This document shows, one piece after another, positions 11,686-24,639 of a stretch of 64,000 nt of DNA. Where the stretch lies: positions 28,768,001 through 28,832,000 of the forward strand of contig NC_043006.1 in assembly GCF_006345805.1 (NCBI RefSeq). Direction: 5' to 3'. The translations under genes were made by a program, and so were the position numbers. Below the pieces are notes generated by a model, which made no database searches, was not told where the DNA came from, and saw only the letters and a list, made by a program, of their open reading frames with translations. Position 1 is the first letter of the stretch, and the number at the start of each line of letters is the position of its first letter. This DNA is from Octopus sinensis (Eukaryota).

Positions 11686-12496
11686 AGCAACAAGACGGGT
11701 AAGGGTGATTAGGTGATGGTCTAGGGCTTAGGGGCGGGAGACCCCCAGACTTTGATAAAAAACAAAAAAAACTTTAGTCGTCTTGTTGTAGTCGAGGGCT
11801 CTTCGTTGGACGCCCGACACCACTGGCCCTCGAAGTCGCTGGAAATGGAGATCTCCAGGACTAAATTCTTGAACGGTTACTGTTGTTGATGCAATTGTCG
11901 TTATTATTATTGTTGTTGTTATTGTTATTGCTTAGCTTCAGGTGTCAACCAGCCTTTTGCTTGAACATAGCTTCAATCAAAGGTGTTCCGTGCTTTGCTT
12001 CGTTCTTTTTTCCCCTTTCATTTTTCAATCATTCTATATTTTAGGACTATTCAAGTGTGATTTGAAGGTGATTTGATTGCTATTACTGGCCCGTCGTAGT
12101 GACGGCTCTGTTATTCGTTATTTGTAATTAAATCAATTAATAACAGCGTTTGGTTTCAAAATGCATTAAAAACATCTTAGATTTCACAAGTTAAGATGTT
12201 TGTTGTTATACAGCGACATCAGTTCCTGTGTTTTTGCTATAAAAGTAATAATATAACACCCACCCCCGTCGCCACTCTCCTTCGGTTTCGAAAGAAAGGG
12301 AGAGAGTAAGAGAAAAAGAGAGAGTGGGGGGGACACAACTTTTTAATCGTAAATTTTAATAAAGATTATGGTTTGATTCTGTTATTGTTTTATTTGTTCA
12401 GCATCAAGTTTACCCCGATCAAGCAAGCAGTTTTATGATCAAAGACACTCCAATAATGACCAAGACGTCTTATTCCTATGTGTAGGAGATTCATGA

Positions 12497-12695
12497 TTAA
12501 GCACGCCGGGCAAAATGCTTGGTGGCGCTTCGTCCGTCTTTACGCTCTGAGTTTAAATTCCGTCGAGATCGACTTTGCCTTTCATCCATCCCTTTGGGGT
12601 CGATAAAATAAGTTCCAGTTGAGCACTGGGGTCGATGTAATCGACTAAAACCCCTCCCCTAAAATTGCTGGCCTTGCGCCAGAATTAGAAACCTA
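12497..12695 (+). mobile_element. SINE family S3, 5'-truncated
   Basis: Matches S3 body GACTTTGCCTTTCATCC..GGGGTCGATAAAATAAG. Confidence 0.75.
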
Positions 12696-13049
12696 TAATT
12701 ATTATTCAACTTCTTGGATGTGAATAGCGTGTGTGATTTGGGGGACCTGACTTAATCACTCTTACCTCAGTCTAAATCTGTACACTTACGTTTAGTCCTA
12801 TTCCGCGCATGTACACAAGGCGTCACCTTACAGATCCTTCTTAAAAATTATACATGGCTGAGTACCACATAGTACACCCAGACGTACAGTGAGTCTGGAT
12901 ATATTGCTTTCTCTCCACTACCCCAGTCTATTTCCACACGACCGTAGGCTTTTGAGATCACAGCAGAGATGAGCAAAAGTGGACTCGGCCAGAGCACAAT
13001 AGATGTTGTTTCTTTGTTGGTACAAATATTATGATACAAAAGGTTGTTG

Positions 13050-13347
13050 TTTGTTCCTTCTCGAGCCACGCCTGATTCATAGGGCCGGTTTCCTGGTTTC
13101 CTTGGCGTATATGTTCCACACTTCGACGGGACGCCGGTCCGTCGCAGGTGAGCTGCAAGATGCAGGAGGAAAGAGTGAGAAAAAGTTGTGGCGAAAGAGT
13201 CAGCAGAAGTTCGCCATTACCTTTTGCCGGAGCCGCGTGGAACTTAGGTGCTTCGCTCATAAACACACATATCGCCCGGTCTGAGATTCGAACCCGCGAT
13301 CGCTTGACCGCGAGTCTGCTGCTCTAACCACTAGGCCATGTGCCTCC
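13050..13347 (-). mobile_element. tRNA-derived SINE, S2-related
   Basis: Minus strand GGAGGCACATGGCCTAGTGGTTAGAGCAGCAGACTCGCGG..GGTTCGAATCTC (A and B boxes). Confidence 0.8.
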
Positions 13348-14223
13348 ACATGATACTAGGGTACTACTATACATCTCGGCACAGATTTGGAGGCCAGACG
13401 TTGCAACAGTTTCTCTGAGTGTTTCTCTAATTAGAAAATGTGATGTTGTTCTCGATGCGTTATATGCATGTCCGGGTGTTTGAAGGTGGTCTTTCATTGT
13501 TGCATTTTTGTTGGTTTGTGTAGATAAAGAGTATTTTTGGAGGCCTTTTAGTTTATTATGGTTTGTTGTAGAGAAACTGAGAGTCCCAGGTAGAACTAGC
13601 TCACTCATGCTCAATATGTCTGCATGTGTGGTGTATGTGTGTGTGCGCCCGCGTGTGTATGTGTGCGCGTGCGTCGTGTGTGTGTGTGTGTGTGTGGTAT
13701 GTTCGTTGAGTGTGATGATGGTTAATTGTATTTGATGTTTGGTGTTATTGCTAAGAGATACAATGAATTTAGTTGGTACTGCTGTGTCTATTGTTTTGGA
13801 GCCAGGTTTCTGGGTCATTTATAGAGTTAGATTTGGCATGTAGCTGTATCTAGAGAATAGCAGGGGGGTGTATAATGTTTGTTATACGTATGTTGGCGGG
13901 TGTGGGAAGTTCGTGTATTTGGCTGTCTGGATGTTGGAGATAGTAGAGTATCGTATAAATACTAGTTCAAAAGAGTGGACGACAGGACGGAATTCTTCTG
14001 TTACTCCATTCTATAGACTGGAAGTTCTGTGGTTCTTCGCACCATAAATAAACTTATTCACCAGCGGTTTATTTGCTAAATAACGTTTTGTGTTATTTAT
14101 TAAAGTGTTGGGTATTTCTTGTATTAGTAGTTAGCGGGGTACAAAGTGGAAAGCTTCGCCAGTGTTACTTTAGCGTGCGGTCTATCGCAGTATCCGAAGT
14201 CTATGCTGTGAAATGACCGGATC

Positions 14224-14385
14224 TGGGTTATGATTAGGATTAGAGCTAGGGTTAAAGTTAAGTTTAGGATTTAGGGTTTAAAGTTAGGGCTAGGTTTGGG
14301 TTTAGGGTTCGGGTTGAGGTTAGGATTTAGGGTTAGGGTTAGGGTTTAGGATTAGAGGTTAGGCTTAAGAGTTAGAGTTAGGGTT
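14224..14385. repeat. Degenerate (TTAGGG)n-like tract
   Basis: Direct reading; many variant hexamers. Confidence 0.8.
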
Positions 14386-14488
14386 TTGTAGTTGAGATAA
14401 TCATGTATTTTCTGCGTTAGGTTTGTGAGTTCTATGGTGACTGAATGTAAAGATCTGATTCCGTGTTGTTATTTGGAGAGGGGGGAAG

Positions 14489-14718
14489 GGCGGCGATCCG
14501 GCAGAATCGTTAGCACGTCGGGCGAAATATTTAGCGATATTTCGTCTGCTCTTACGTTCTGAGTTCAAATTCAGCCGAGGTCGACTTTACCTTTCATCCT
14601 TTCGGGGTCGATTAAATAAGCACCCGTTACGCACTGGGCCGATGTAATCGACTTCATCCCTTTGTCTGCTCTTGTTTGTCCCCTTTATGTTTAGCCCTCT
14701 GTGGGCAATAAATAAATA
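14489..14718 (+). mobile_element. tRNA-derived SINE family S3 (central domain resembling the Meta/MESC domain)
   Basis: Head GGCGGCGATCCGGCAGAATCGTTAGCAC, B box GAGTTCAAATTC, A-rich tail; TSD ATTTGGAGAGG. Confidence 0.85.
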
Positions 14719-14742
14719 TATTTGGAGAGGAGGATCTACCGG

Positions 14743-15610
14743 CAAAGGTGGGCACCGTTAATCGAAAAGTTAACTTCGTTAACAGTTAATCCGTTAACCA
14801 AAAAGTTAAAACTTCGATAACCGTTAATCTGTTAATTCTTTTAAAAAATGTAACGGAAGTTATCGATAAACCGTTAACGTTAATTTTCATTAGAGAAAAA
14901 TACAAAAAAAAAATCAATTTTTGCACTAAAACCACCTAAAAACACCTTTAAAAAGTACCAAAACTATAGAATCAAGTACTTTTTGGGACTTTTTAAGAAT
15001 TTAGTACCCCAAAACTATAGTGATTTTTTTTTTTTTTTTTTTTTGCTTTGAAGTTTAAAAGTGCTGATTTTATAGTTTTGGCCCTTGTTTTAGGTTTTAA
15101 AGGCTTTTAGAGAGAGAAAAGGGTAAAAAAAAAAACTCAAGTGAAACACAATATTAGTATTAGACTAAAAAAGGTTATTGATAAAGTGGCCTTAAAAATA
15201 TAAAAATAAAAATGAAAAACACGATACATATATAATTTAATCTTTCCTCTTCTTCTCGTTCTCCATTTTGTTCATGAGATGCATGCTGCCCTTCACGGAA
15301 ATTAGCATGTCGAAGTTTTCATCAGACAGAAACGATCTCTTGGCTTTCAAGGTGTCCTTGCCCATAGAGAACAAACGCTTCACTGCAGCACTAGAGGGGA
15401 TGGCTATGTTGAACTTGATGAAACCAATCCACCAACATTTGCTCACCCAAGAAGGCAAGTCTCTAACCAGGTCTTGACCAAATTCTGAGCCATGTCATTG
15501 AGTGATCTGTGGCTCCCGTTGCTCTCTTTTGACTGGGTAACACCACTGAAGAAATCCTCCTCCTCCTCCTCCTCCTCATCCATAACTGCTTATTCATGGG
15601 TTAACGAAGT
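14743..15610 (-). mobile_element. hAT remnant with C-terminal dimerisation domain
   Basis: End CAAAGGTGGGCACCGTTAA with GTTAAC subterminal repeats; ORF 15237-15458 FIKFNIAIPSSAAVKRLFS..RSFLSDENFDML. Confidence 0.8.
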
Positions 15611-15638
15611 TGCTCCTGCCGCAGGTATACCTGGCCAA

Positions 15639-15871
15639 AGGCGACGAGCTGGCAGAAACGTTAGCACGTCGGGCGAAATGCTTAGCGGTATTTCGTCTGC
15701 CGTTACGTTGTGAGCTCAAATTCCGCCGAGGTCGACTTTACCTTTCATCCTTTCGGGGTCGATAAATTAAGTACCCGTTACGCACTGGGGGTCGATGTAA
15801 TCAACTTAATACCTATGTCTGTCCTTGTTTGTCCCCTCTATGTCTAGCCCCTTGTGGGTAATAAAGAAATA
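15639..15871 (+). mobile_element. SINE family S3
   Basis: Full head to AAAGAAATA tail; TSD-like AGGT(A/G)TACCTGG. Confidence 0.88.
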
Positions 15872-17591
15872 GGTGTACCTGGGCTAACGGAGCTGTTCAT
15901 ACTACAGTTAATCTTGGACTAATGCGGTTGTATATATTACAGCTATTCTTGTGTTAACGAAGCTGTCCTTGCTACAGCTATTCTTAGACAAAGCTGTTTA
16001 TGGTGCAGCCATGACCATTCCGTCTTTTTTGGGAGGGGGTGTATAGGTGGTCGTGGTGGCTGTAAGACTACATTAACAAATGAGTCCTGACTAAAATACA
16101 TCCAAGCCGTACAAAATGTTCAGTGCTACCTCTCAAGCCTTTGTTCGCTCCCACGCACTCTCATCGTCATGGCGAGAACCACAATAGTTTTTTAGCCATT
16201 TTTTTGTTTTCTTTTCTTTTTTCTCTCCATTCAACAACACAGACACTCCTTGTGTCTCTTTTAATATTACTCCCTATGAGGTACTCTGTTTATTAAACTC
16301 CTTTTTCATATATGAAAATATGCTGAGCTTCTGATCATGAACAAAGACTTGAAAGGTGATGCTGGAGATTCCATGCTGTCCAAAATATATACCTTAACTT
16401 GTACTCTGTACTCTCCTTGTTTGCTTCTTTCAAGACGGTAGTGTCAGATTTGAGGGCGATTTGGCTGTTATCTCTAGCACGTCGTGTGACCACATAGAGG
16501 TACCCTTGTTGGCTCATCATGTCAGTGTAGCTTTCTTGGGTGTCGGAGATAAGTTTCGATTGAATGGAGTTATTGTAATGGCTGGCCCGTGCGTAGAGAT
16601 GGGTTTTGTGGGGTTGAAAGTTCTTGTGATGGCTACACCGAAACGGGTAAGTGACGAATGTATGTATGTGAGTGTGTATGTGTGTATGTGTGTGTGTGTA
16701 TGTGTGTGTGTGCGCGCGCGTACATGTGTGAGTGTGATTTTGTGTGTAAATGCGTGTGTATGTGTGTGTGTGAGTGGTGTGTGTGAGCGCAATATACATG
16801 CGCTGTAGATGTGACAAGTTACTGGCAAACCATACGATTCCTATCTGAACCGTTCCAATTAATTCTTTCCTTGTAATTTGTCCCCCTCCCCCTTTTCTCT
16901 CTCCTCTCCTCTCTCTCTCCCTTTTTTCTCTCTCCTCTCCTCTCTCTCTCCTTCTCCCCTAATCTCTATCCTCTCCTCCTTTTTCGTCTTCTTAAGATTT
17001 CTTGGAATGTGGCACCAATGAAACCAAAGTCCTACCATTCGGTAATTCGACAATGCTTTACTGTTTTCAAAGCCGATGTACTTATTCCTCGATTCTGTCA
17101 ATGTAGCATTGCATTAATAACTTAAATTGATAGCTTCCGTTACAGCCTTCCATACAGAATAATATAGCGGGAAATTAGTCACTTAAATTTATATCTTCCC
17201 TTACTGCCTTCCATACAGAAATAATATAATGTGTTGAGCCAGAAAAGTTCAGTTAATCAAGTCCCTGGTCACATTGATGAAAGATTAACGTTAATTTAAT
17301 GTTTAAATCTTCTCAAAACATGCAGGGGCAGTAACTCTAAGTCTAAATAACCAAAACGACTATATTTTAAATAACTATCACTGATATGCCACTATAATAA
17401 TTAAAACTGGAGATAAGTATGTAATGAGAGATAAAAAAAAAAACCATTAGTATTATGGCAAATATCAAATAAATCTGGTCTTTGGTTTAAAGGGGAAGCA
17501 GAACTCTAGAAATGTTTCGGTTTTATTGGACCTCATCGGGGGAGCATAGTTTTTACCTTATTTGCCAGACCTGTAATAAGAGAATTGTGAG

Positions 17592-17850
17592 AAGACGCGT
17601 GGCTAAGTGGCCAGCGTATTTGATTCACAATCTTACGGCCGTGAGTTCGATTTCTGTCGGTGCGTTGTGTCCTTGAACAAGACGCTTTATTTCACATTGA
17701 TCTCGTCTACTCGGTTGGCATCAATGAGTAGTGCCTGTATTTCAAAGAGCCAGCCTTATCACATTCTGTCACGCTGAATCTCCTTGAGAACTATGTTAAG
17801 TGTATGCGTGTTAGTAGAGTGCTCAGCCACTTGCATAATCGAGATTGCCA
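17592..17850 (+). mobile_element. Old tRNA-derived SINE
   Basis: TGGCTAAGTGG (A box), GAGTTCGATTTC (B box), GTGTCCTTGAACAAGAC; related copy at 59663-59990. Confidence 0.65.
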
Positions 17851-17869
17851 GCCAAATAAGAGAATTATT

Positions 17870-18266
17870 GTTTTGTACTCTAGGCACAAGGCCCGAAATT
17901 TTTGGGGAGGTGGGCCAGTCGATTAGATCGACCCCAGTACACAACTGGCACTTTATTTATCGACCCCGAAAGGATGAAAGGCAAAGTCGACCTCGGCGGA
18001 ATTTGAACTCAGAACGTAAAGGCAGACGAAATACCTATTTTTTTACTACCCACAAGGGGCTAAACACAGAAAGGACAAACAAGGACAGGCAAACGGATTA
18101 AGTCGATTATATCGACGCCAGCGCGTAACTGGTACTTAATTTATCGACCCCGAAAGGATGAAAGGCGAAGTCGACCTCGGCGGAATTTGAACTCAGGACG
18201 TAGCGACAGACGAAATACTGTTAAGCATTTCGCCCGGCGTGCTAACGTTTCTGCCAGCTCGCCGCC
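17870..18266 (-). mobile_element. SINE family S3 dimer
   Basis: One head plus two bodies; TSD AATAA(G/A)AGAATTATT at 17855-17869 and 18269-18283. Confidence 0.88.
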
Positions 18267-19439
18267 TTAATAAAAGAATTATTATATATATATGTAATGG
18301 ATTTTAGTAGTAGATGTGACAGCAAAAAATAGTTAAGTAACACTGATCAATACTATTCTCCAGCAAGCTCTACCGTGCTCTATAGCAGCCACGGGTCAAT
18401 TGCGGCCTGCAGGACTTTGTGAATGGTAGGCCAAAATTTTTTTTTGTTAACGCGGTTCGTCTGATAATAAGTCATATCTTATGCGACCCGCTTCTCGGAA
18501 AATGTTACCTTTGTCTACTCTACAAAATAGAGGTTAGATAATATTCCATGCTAGAGGCGAACTCCAACAAAAAATCACGGGCATTGTACTTCTTTCGGCG
18601 ACATAATCGTGATTTTCCAACTCCAGTAGACTCAGCAGAGTTGACCACCAGACATAGTAAATTTATTCAGAGCAATACCCAGCTGCGTGAGATAAATAAA
18701 TATTTATCCTTCTTTTTCTCTTATTTTATTCGTACTATGATTGTTTTGTATGACGAATTATTATGAACAAACACTTGCTTTGTTCTCGGTTTGCAATAAT
18801 TTATCCATTTAGGATTTATTATAAACTCGCTGTCAACTATATCAGTAAGATGTTATCGAGATGATAATTTAATTTATATCATTATTTTTATTACTTTTTA
18901 AACAGCGTTAGTAATGTTTATCAATAAAATGGTTTGCCTCTATGTGATCGTGCAAACTGCTTGAAATAGCAGCTAAATCTCACAGCAATGAGATTTTCGC
19001 CTTTTAAAGAAAACATACATTCTGGTTTGAGACAGCATGAACCTAAGATACACTGTCAGAAACCCCACCACAACCACCGCAAAACATGGAGTGATCACGA
19101 TTGGAACGCCTTTAGTGTGCTCAAGCAGAGATAAATTGAGGTTAAACAATTACAAGAACCAGAGATTTTAGACAAAGAAAGGTTGTGTCGCGTTTCTCAT
19201 TTATCAAATGTAATAACTTGATAAACAGTAACTCATTGAGTAGCAGCAGTTCATCAAGTAGATTGATTCAGTTGTGGATGAAGCATAGACCTTCCACTGG
19301 ATACCCATCACGGATTCTATGCCTAGAAAAACCGGTGCCTATTTACAATGGCAGTGACATCCATCCATCCGTCCGTCCGTCCATGCATGCATACATACAT
19401 ACATGCATATATACATACATGTGTGTACATGTGTATATA

Positions 19440-19494
<55 letters not shown>

Positions 19495-19497
<3 letters not shown>

Positions 19498-20297
19498 CGC
19501 AATGGCCCAGTGGTTAGGGCAGCGGACTCGCGGTCGTAGGATCGCGGTTTCGATTCCCTGACCGAGCGTTGTGAGTGTTTATAGGGCGAAAACACCTAAA
19601 GCTCTACGAGGCTCCCACAGGGTGTAGTGGCGAACCCTGCTGTAATATTTCACCACAACTTTCTCTCACTCGCGGTCGTAGGATCGCGGTTTCGATTCTC
19701 TGACCAGGTGTTGTGAGTGTTTATTGAGCGAAAACACCTAAAGCTCTACGAGGCTCCCACAGGGTGTGGTGGCGAACCCTGCTGTAATATTTCACCACAA
19801 CTTTCTCTCACACGCGGTCGTAGGATAGCGGTTTCGATTCCCTGACCAGGTGTTGTGAGTGTTTATTGAGCGAAAACATTTAAAGCTCTGCGAGGCTCCC
19901 ACAGGGTGTGGTGGCGAACCCTGCTGTATTCTTTCACCACAACTTTCTCTCACTCGTGGTCGTAGGATCGCGGTTTCGATTCCCTGACCGGGTGTTGTGA
20001 GTATTTATTGAGCGAAAACATTTAAAGCTCTGCGAGGCTCCCACAGAGTGTGGTGGCGAACCCTGCTGTAATATTTCACCACAACTTTCTCTCACTCTTT
20101 CTTTCTATTTCTGTTGTACCTGTATTTCAAATGGCCAGCCTTGTCACACTCAGCGTCGCGCCGTATCTCCCGAGAACTACGTTAAGGATACACGTGTCTG
20201 TGGAGTGCTCAGCCACTTGCACGTTAATTTCACGAGCAGGCTGTTCCGTTCATTGGATCAACTGGAACCCTCAGCGTCGTAACCGACGGAGTGCCAC
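19495..20297 (+). mobile_element. SINE family S2 with four internal 142-bp tandem units
   Basis: Head GGCGCAATGGCCCAGTGGTTAGGGCAGCGG; units start at 19526, 19668, 19810, 19952. Confidence 0.9.
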
Positions 20298-20309
20298 GAT
20301 ATATATATA

Positions 20310-20340
<31 letters not shown>

Positions 20341-21089
20341 ACACGAATGAGTCAACAAACAAAAGAAATGAGCACTCAACACATTTATCAGGAGTTACAT
20401 GCATTATTTAAATCAGCTTGATTCGGTTACACGCAATTTAAAGTTCTACGGGCCTCTAACAGAAGCCTGTCGGGCTTTGGTTTCAGCAAGTCAAAGCCTG
20501 AAAGAGACGGGCTTCTGCAAGAGGCCGAATCAAACTGTTTTAAATGATGTGTGTGCACGCATGCGCTCGTACCCTTCCCTGAATCAGTGTTGACGAGTAC
20601 AGGTTAATAAATGATGTTTTGGCCGAGTCGGTTTCTTGCTACTTTGAATTTCAGCTGTGGGTACACAAGATCTTCAGGCAAGCTGACAGTCGTAATTTAC
20701 TTGGATAACGTTTAGCACTCATAGGTGAAACTCAGAGTTGTAAGAGGTTTACTCAACAAAAATAATGAGAGAGAGAGGGGGGAGGGAGAGAGAGGATGGG
20801 ACGTGGAAGAGGACAAGAATGAGAACGACGAGGACAAGAGCGAAGAAGATAACGATAAAGAGAGGAGGGTGAGTAGGAAGAGAGCTCCTGTCCTAGATTA
20901 GAGATCTTTACAGTCGTAGGAGGACTTTCTAAAATTTTTATTGGGAAAATCATGGGTAGGAAAGGAATTCTAGAGGAATGGTCTCTCGTTCAATTGCACA
21001 CACCCCCACACAATTATCAAGGGGGTTGCTCTCTGGGGAGTTAGGTGGCCAAATGTTAGGGGTAATGTGGTTGCAGAAATTGTCTGGTT

Positions 21090-21450
21090 GCGCCATGGCC
21101 CAGTGGTTAGGGCAGCGGACTCGCGATCGTAGGATCGCGGTTTCGATTCCTAGACTGGACGTTGTGGGTGTTTAATGAGAGAAACCACCTAAAGCTCTAC
21201 GAGGATCCCTCAGGGTATGGTGGCGAACCCTGCTGTATTCTTTCACCACAACTTTCTCTCACTCTTTCTTCCTATTTCTGTTGTACCTGTATTTCAAAGG
21301 ACCAGCCGTGTTGCTGAATCTCCCCGAGAACTGCGTTAAGAGTACACGTGTCTGTGGAGTGCTCAACCACTTGCACGTTAATTTCACGAGCAGGCAGCTC
21401 CGTTGATCGGATCAATTGGAATCCCCATTATCGTAACCGACAGAGTGTCA
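21090..21450 (+). mobile_element. SINE family S2 monomer, next to a short maT fragment at ~20970-21090
   Basis: Same head, body and tail as 19495-20297 without the amplification. Confidence 0.85.
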
Positions 21451-21453
21451 CAT

Positions 21454-21486
<33 letters not shown>

Positions 21487-21498
21487 GTGTGGTGTGTT

Positions 21499-21530
<32 letters not shown>

Positions 21531-21568
21531 CACACACACACACACAAACACACACATATATATATATA

Positions 21569-21653
<85 letters not shown>

Positions 21654-21803
21654 ATACGATATAGTGTATATTTTACACATAAGGAATCCACTTAACGTGA
21701 ATTCAACACATTAGAAAGAACAGCTAGGTTCTGTAAACCACAAAAATAATGGATAAAATTCGACAGGAATAAATTTGGAAATGAAAAACATTTACAATCT
21801 AGT

Positions 21804-21881
21804 ACCCTGGACCAATTGGTTTCTGATCATGATTTAGCGAGTCAGGGGGAACTCACAAGGTCTGATTTTCTTCAGCAAGGT
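21804..21881 (-). ncRNA. Type I hammerhead ribozyme motif, stem II closing pairs mutated
   Basis: Minus strand ACCUUG CUGAAGA ... GAAA CCAAUUG GUC CAGGGU; 6-bp stem I with one GU; palindromic stem III. Confidence 0.6.
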
Positions 21882-21991
21882 CCAACCTAGGGTTAAACAT
21901 ATTCAACAGGAGACAAACAAGGCTACTTGTCCCGTGTTCATACGAGCTAACTTTTCAAATTTATATATATATATATATTATATATATATCC

Positions 21992-22075
<84 letters not shown>

Positions 22076-22229
22076 AGGACATATAATATAGCATATATAC
22101 ATATATATACATATATATATACATATATGCATATATATATATATAATATATATATATATATATAATATATATATACATACATACATTACATACATACATA
22201 CATACATACATAATATATATGTATGTATG

Positions 22230-22266
<37 letters not shown>

Positions 22267-23472
22267 ATATGTGTGTGTATATATATGTATATATATATAT
22301 ATATATATATACTATATTATATATATGTGTGGTGTGGTGTGTGTGTGGTATGTATGTATACATTATATATAATAATGATGATAATAATAATATATAATAA
22401 TAATAATAATAATAATAATTATAATAGGTAGCTGACTGAAAAGAAAAAGAAGAGAAGAAAAGTCTTCGATTTGTTCGACTTAAACACTTCAAGGAGTCGC
22501 CCCAACATGTTTGCAGTTCAATGACTGAAACAATTAAAAGAAGATACTAGAACAGACTCTAAACATAATAGAACCTTATAAAAAACATTATGTAATATAT
22601 TTATGTGTCGTCGTATACATGGTGCACAACCTTCTCGTTTTACTTCGCTGGTTTCCAACAGTTTGTTCTTTCATTAGAAGAATGTTTGAAGTGAATTAAA
22701 AGTATTTTTAGGGCAATGTTTAAAGAAAACCGACGCAGACGACTGATTTCGCAGGATCTGTTTGGTTCTATTCATTCCCAACGGTGTCGCCAATATAATT
22801 CAGACTTTCGGTTTAATAAATGTTGCAAATAGGTTTCTTTGAAGTGTGACGTAATGTTAGCTGTATGGCTATTATTAACAATTAACTACGCTTTCCATGC
22901 CACATAATTTCAGTAAATTCGAAATGCTTTAGAATCTTTATCTTCTTACACAATATATTTTTTTCAGTTCACATCCCTTAGTAAAGATCCATCTGTCTAA
23001 TGTATATACATACATACATACATACATACATACATACATACATACATACATACATACATACATACATACGTACGTACGTACGTACGTGTGTGTGTGTGTG
23101 TGTGTGTGTGTGGTATTGGGGAAAAGCAAGAAGAAAATGGAGAAGAAATGGATGTATGAATAATTTATTTGTATGTTACAAAGAGATAAAAGATTCTTTT
23201 AAAAAACATAGCAGAAAAACTCAAAAAGTAAAATAGACCAAAGTAACCTACATATATGTTTCAAACCTATCACCTAGTTGATCAGAATTTCCAAGCATTT
23301 AAATAAATTATTCGTACATCCATTTCTTCTCCATTTTGTCCTTCTTGCTTTTCCCCCAATATAGATAATTTCAGTAATCTCTAACATATACCAATGACTT
23401 TGATAGGGGTTAAATCAGTGGAATATCTTGGATAATATAATCCCTAATGAGAATATAGCTTCTTCGAATTAA

Positions 23473-23517
<45 letters not shown>

Positions 23518-23518
23518 T

Positions 23519-23577
<59 letters not shown>

Positions 23578-23607
23578 ATTATGTATATATATATATATAT
23601 ATATATG

Positions 23608-23638
<31 letters not shown>

Positions 23639-24100
23639 GTATATATATATATGTATATATATATGAGTATATATATGTATATATATATATGTATATATAT
23701 ATATATTATATATATAATATATATATAGATATATAAGTAAAAAAATGGAACAAGAATGCAACAAACGACAAAACATGCGGATAGATAGACGATGCGACGA
23801 CGGACAGGAAAAAAAAGCAAGGACGGGTCATTCGCAAGTTCCTCTCACCAGTCAAGTTACCAAATTATCCTTACAGTTTCGGGCAGTTACATTTGAGACT
23901 GTTCAAATCTGGTTACCCCCAAAAATCTAAGCTAAGAGCATTAAATTTTGGGGGAGAAAGCAAGCGAATGTGTACAACAATGACAAAAAACGGTTACACA
24001 AAAAAACATGTTACACAATTACAAATACAAGCAACAAGAAAATAACAACAGATGTCTTTCGACTAATAAAGACGAATCAAGTTGAGCTGGCGTATAAATA

Positions 24101-24136
<36 letters not shown>

Positions 24137-24284
24137 TGTATGTATGTATGTATGTATGTATATATACATATATAATGTATGACGTATGATTTTTCGGCTT
24201 TAATAAAATGGCATATATTGATTATATATCCGAATATAAGTCCGTATTTTATATCAAGTATGAAGTATATATTATATATATATT

Positions 24285-24368
<84 letters not shown>

Positions 24369-24639
24369 TATTCCTACATACCACATGCCCACCACACATG
24401 CGTATATACGGGCATGCATATATACTTCTATGTTTTTGAGTTATGTATGTACCTATAAATTATGAAAGCAGTATTATCCACAAAGAAGCCAAAGAAACGA
24501 CGGAGATTCTACAGAAACAATATTGCTCTGTCTTCAGTGACCCCGCTCCACTAAAGTTTACTTAGTAGCAATAAAAAACAACCTCCAAATTATCTTTCCT
24601 CACACACAACTTTCGGCACATTGGACATCATAGTAGCAA

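Larger units (their letters stand above)
9634..11905. repeat. Inverted repeat pair (arms 9634-9866 and 11696-11905)
   Basis: Arms are reverse complements with scattered substitutions and indels (GGAGATCTCCATTTCCAG / CTGGAAATGGAGATCTCC; CACCTAATCACCCTTACCCG / CGGGTAAGGGTGATTAGGTG). Confidence 0.88.

Noticed and set aside
18364-18425. AG..GT bounded exon candidate
   Set aside because: Lies in what looks like a decayed hAT MITE (GCGGCC/GCGACCCGC motifs); weak acceptor.
19526-20093. CRISPR-like periodicity (also 58850-59627 and 51014-51480)
   Set aside because: Full tandem units with no unique spacers; eukaryotic repeat context; no cas genes.
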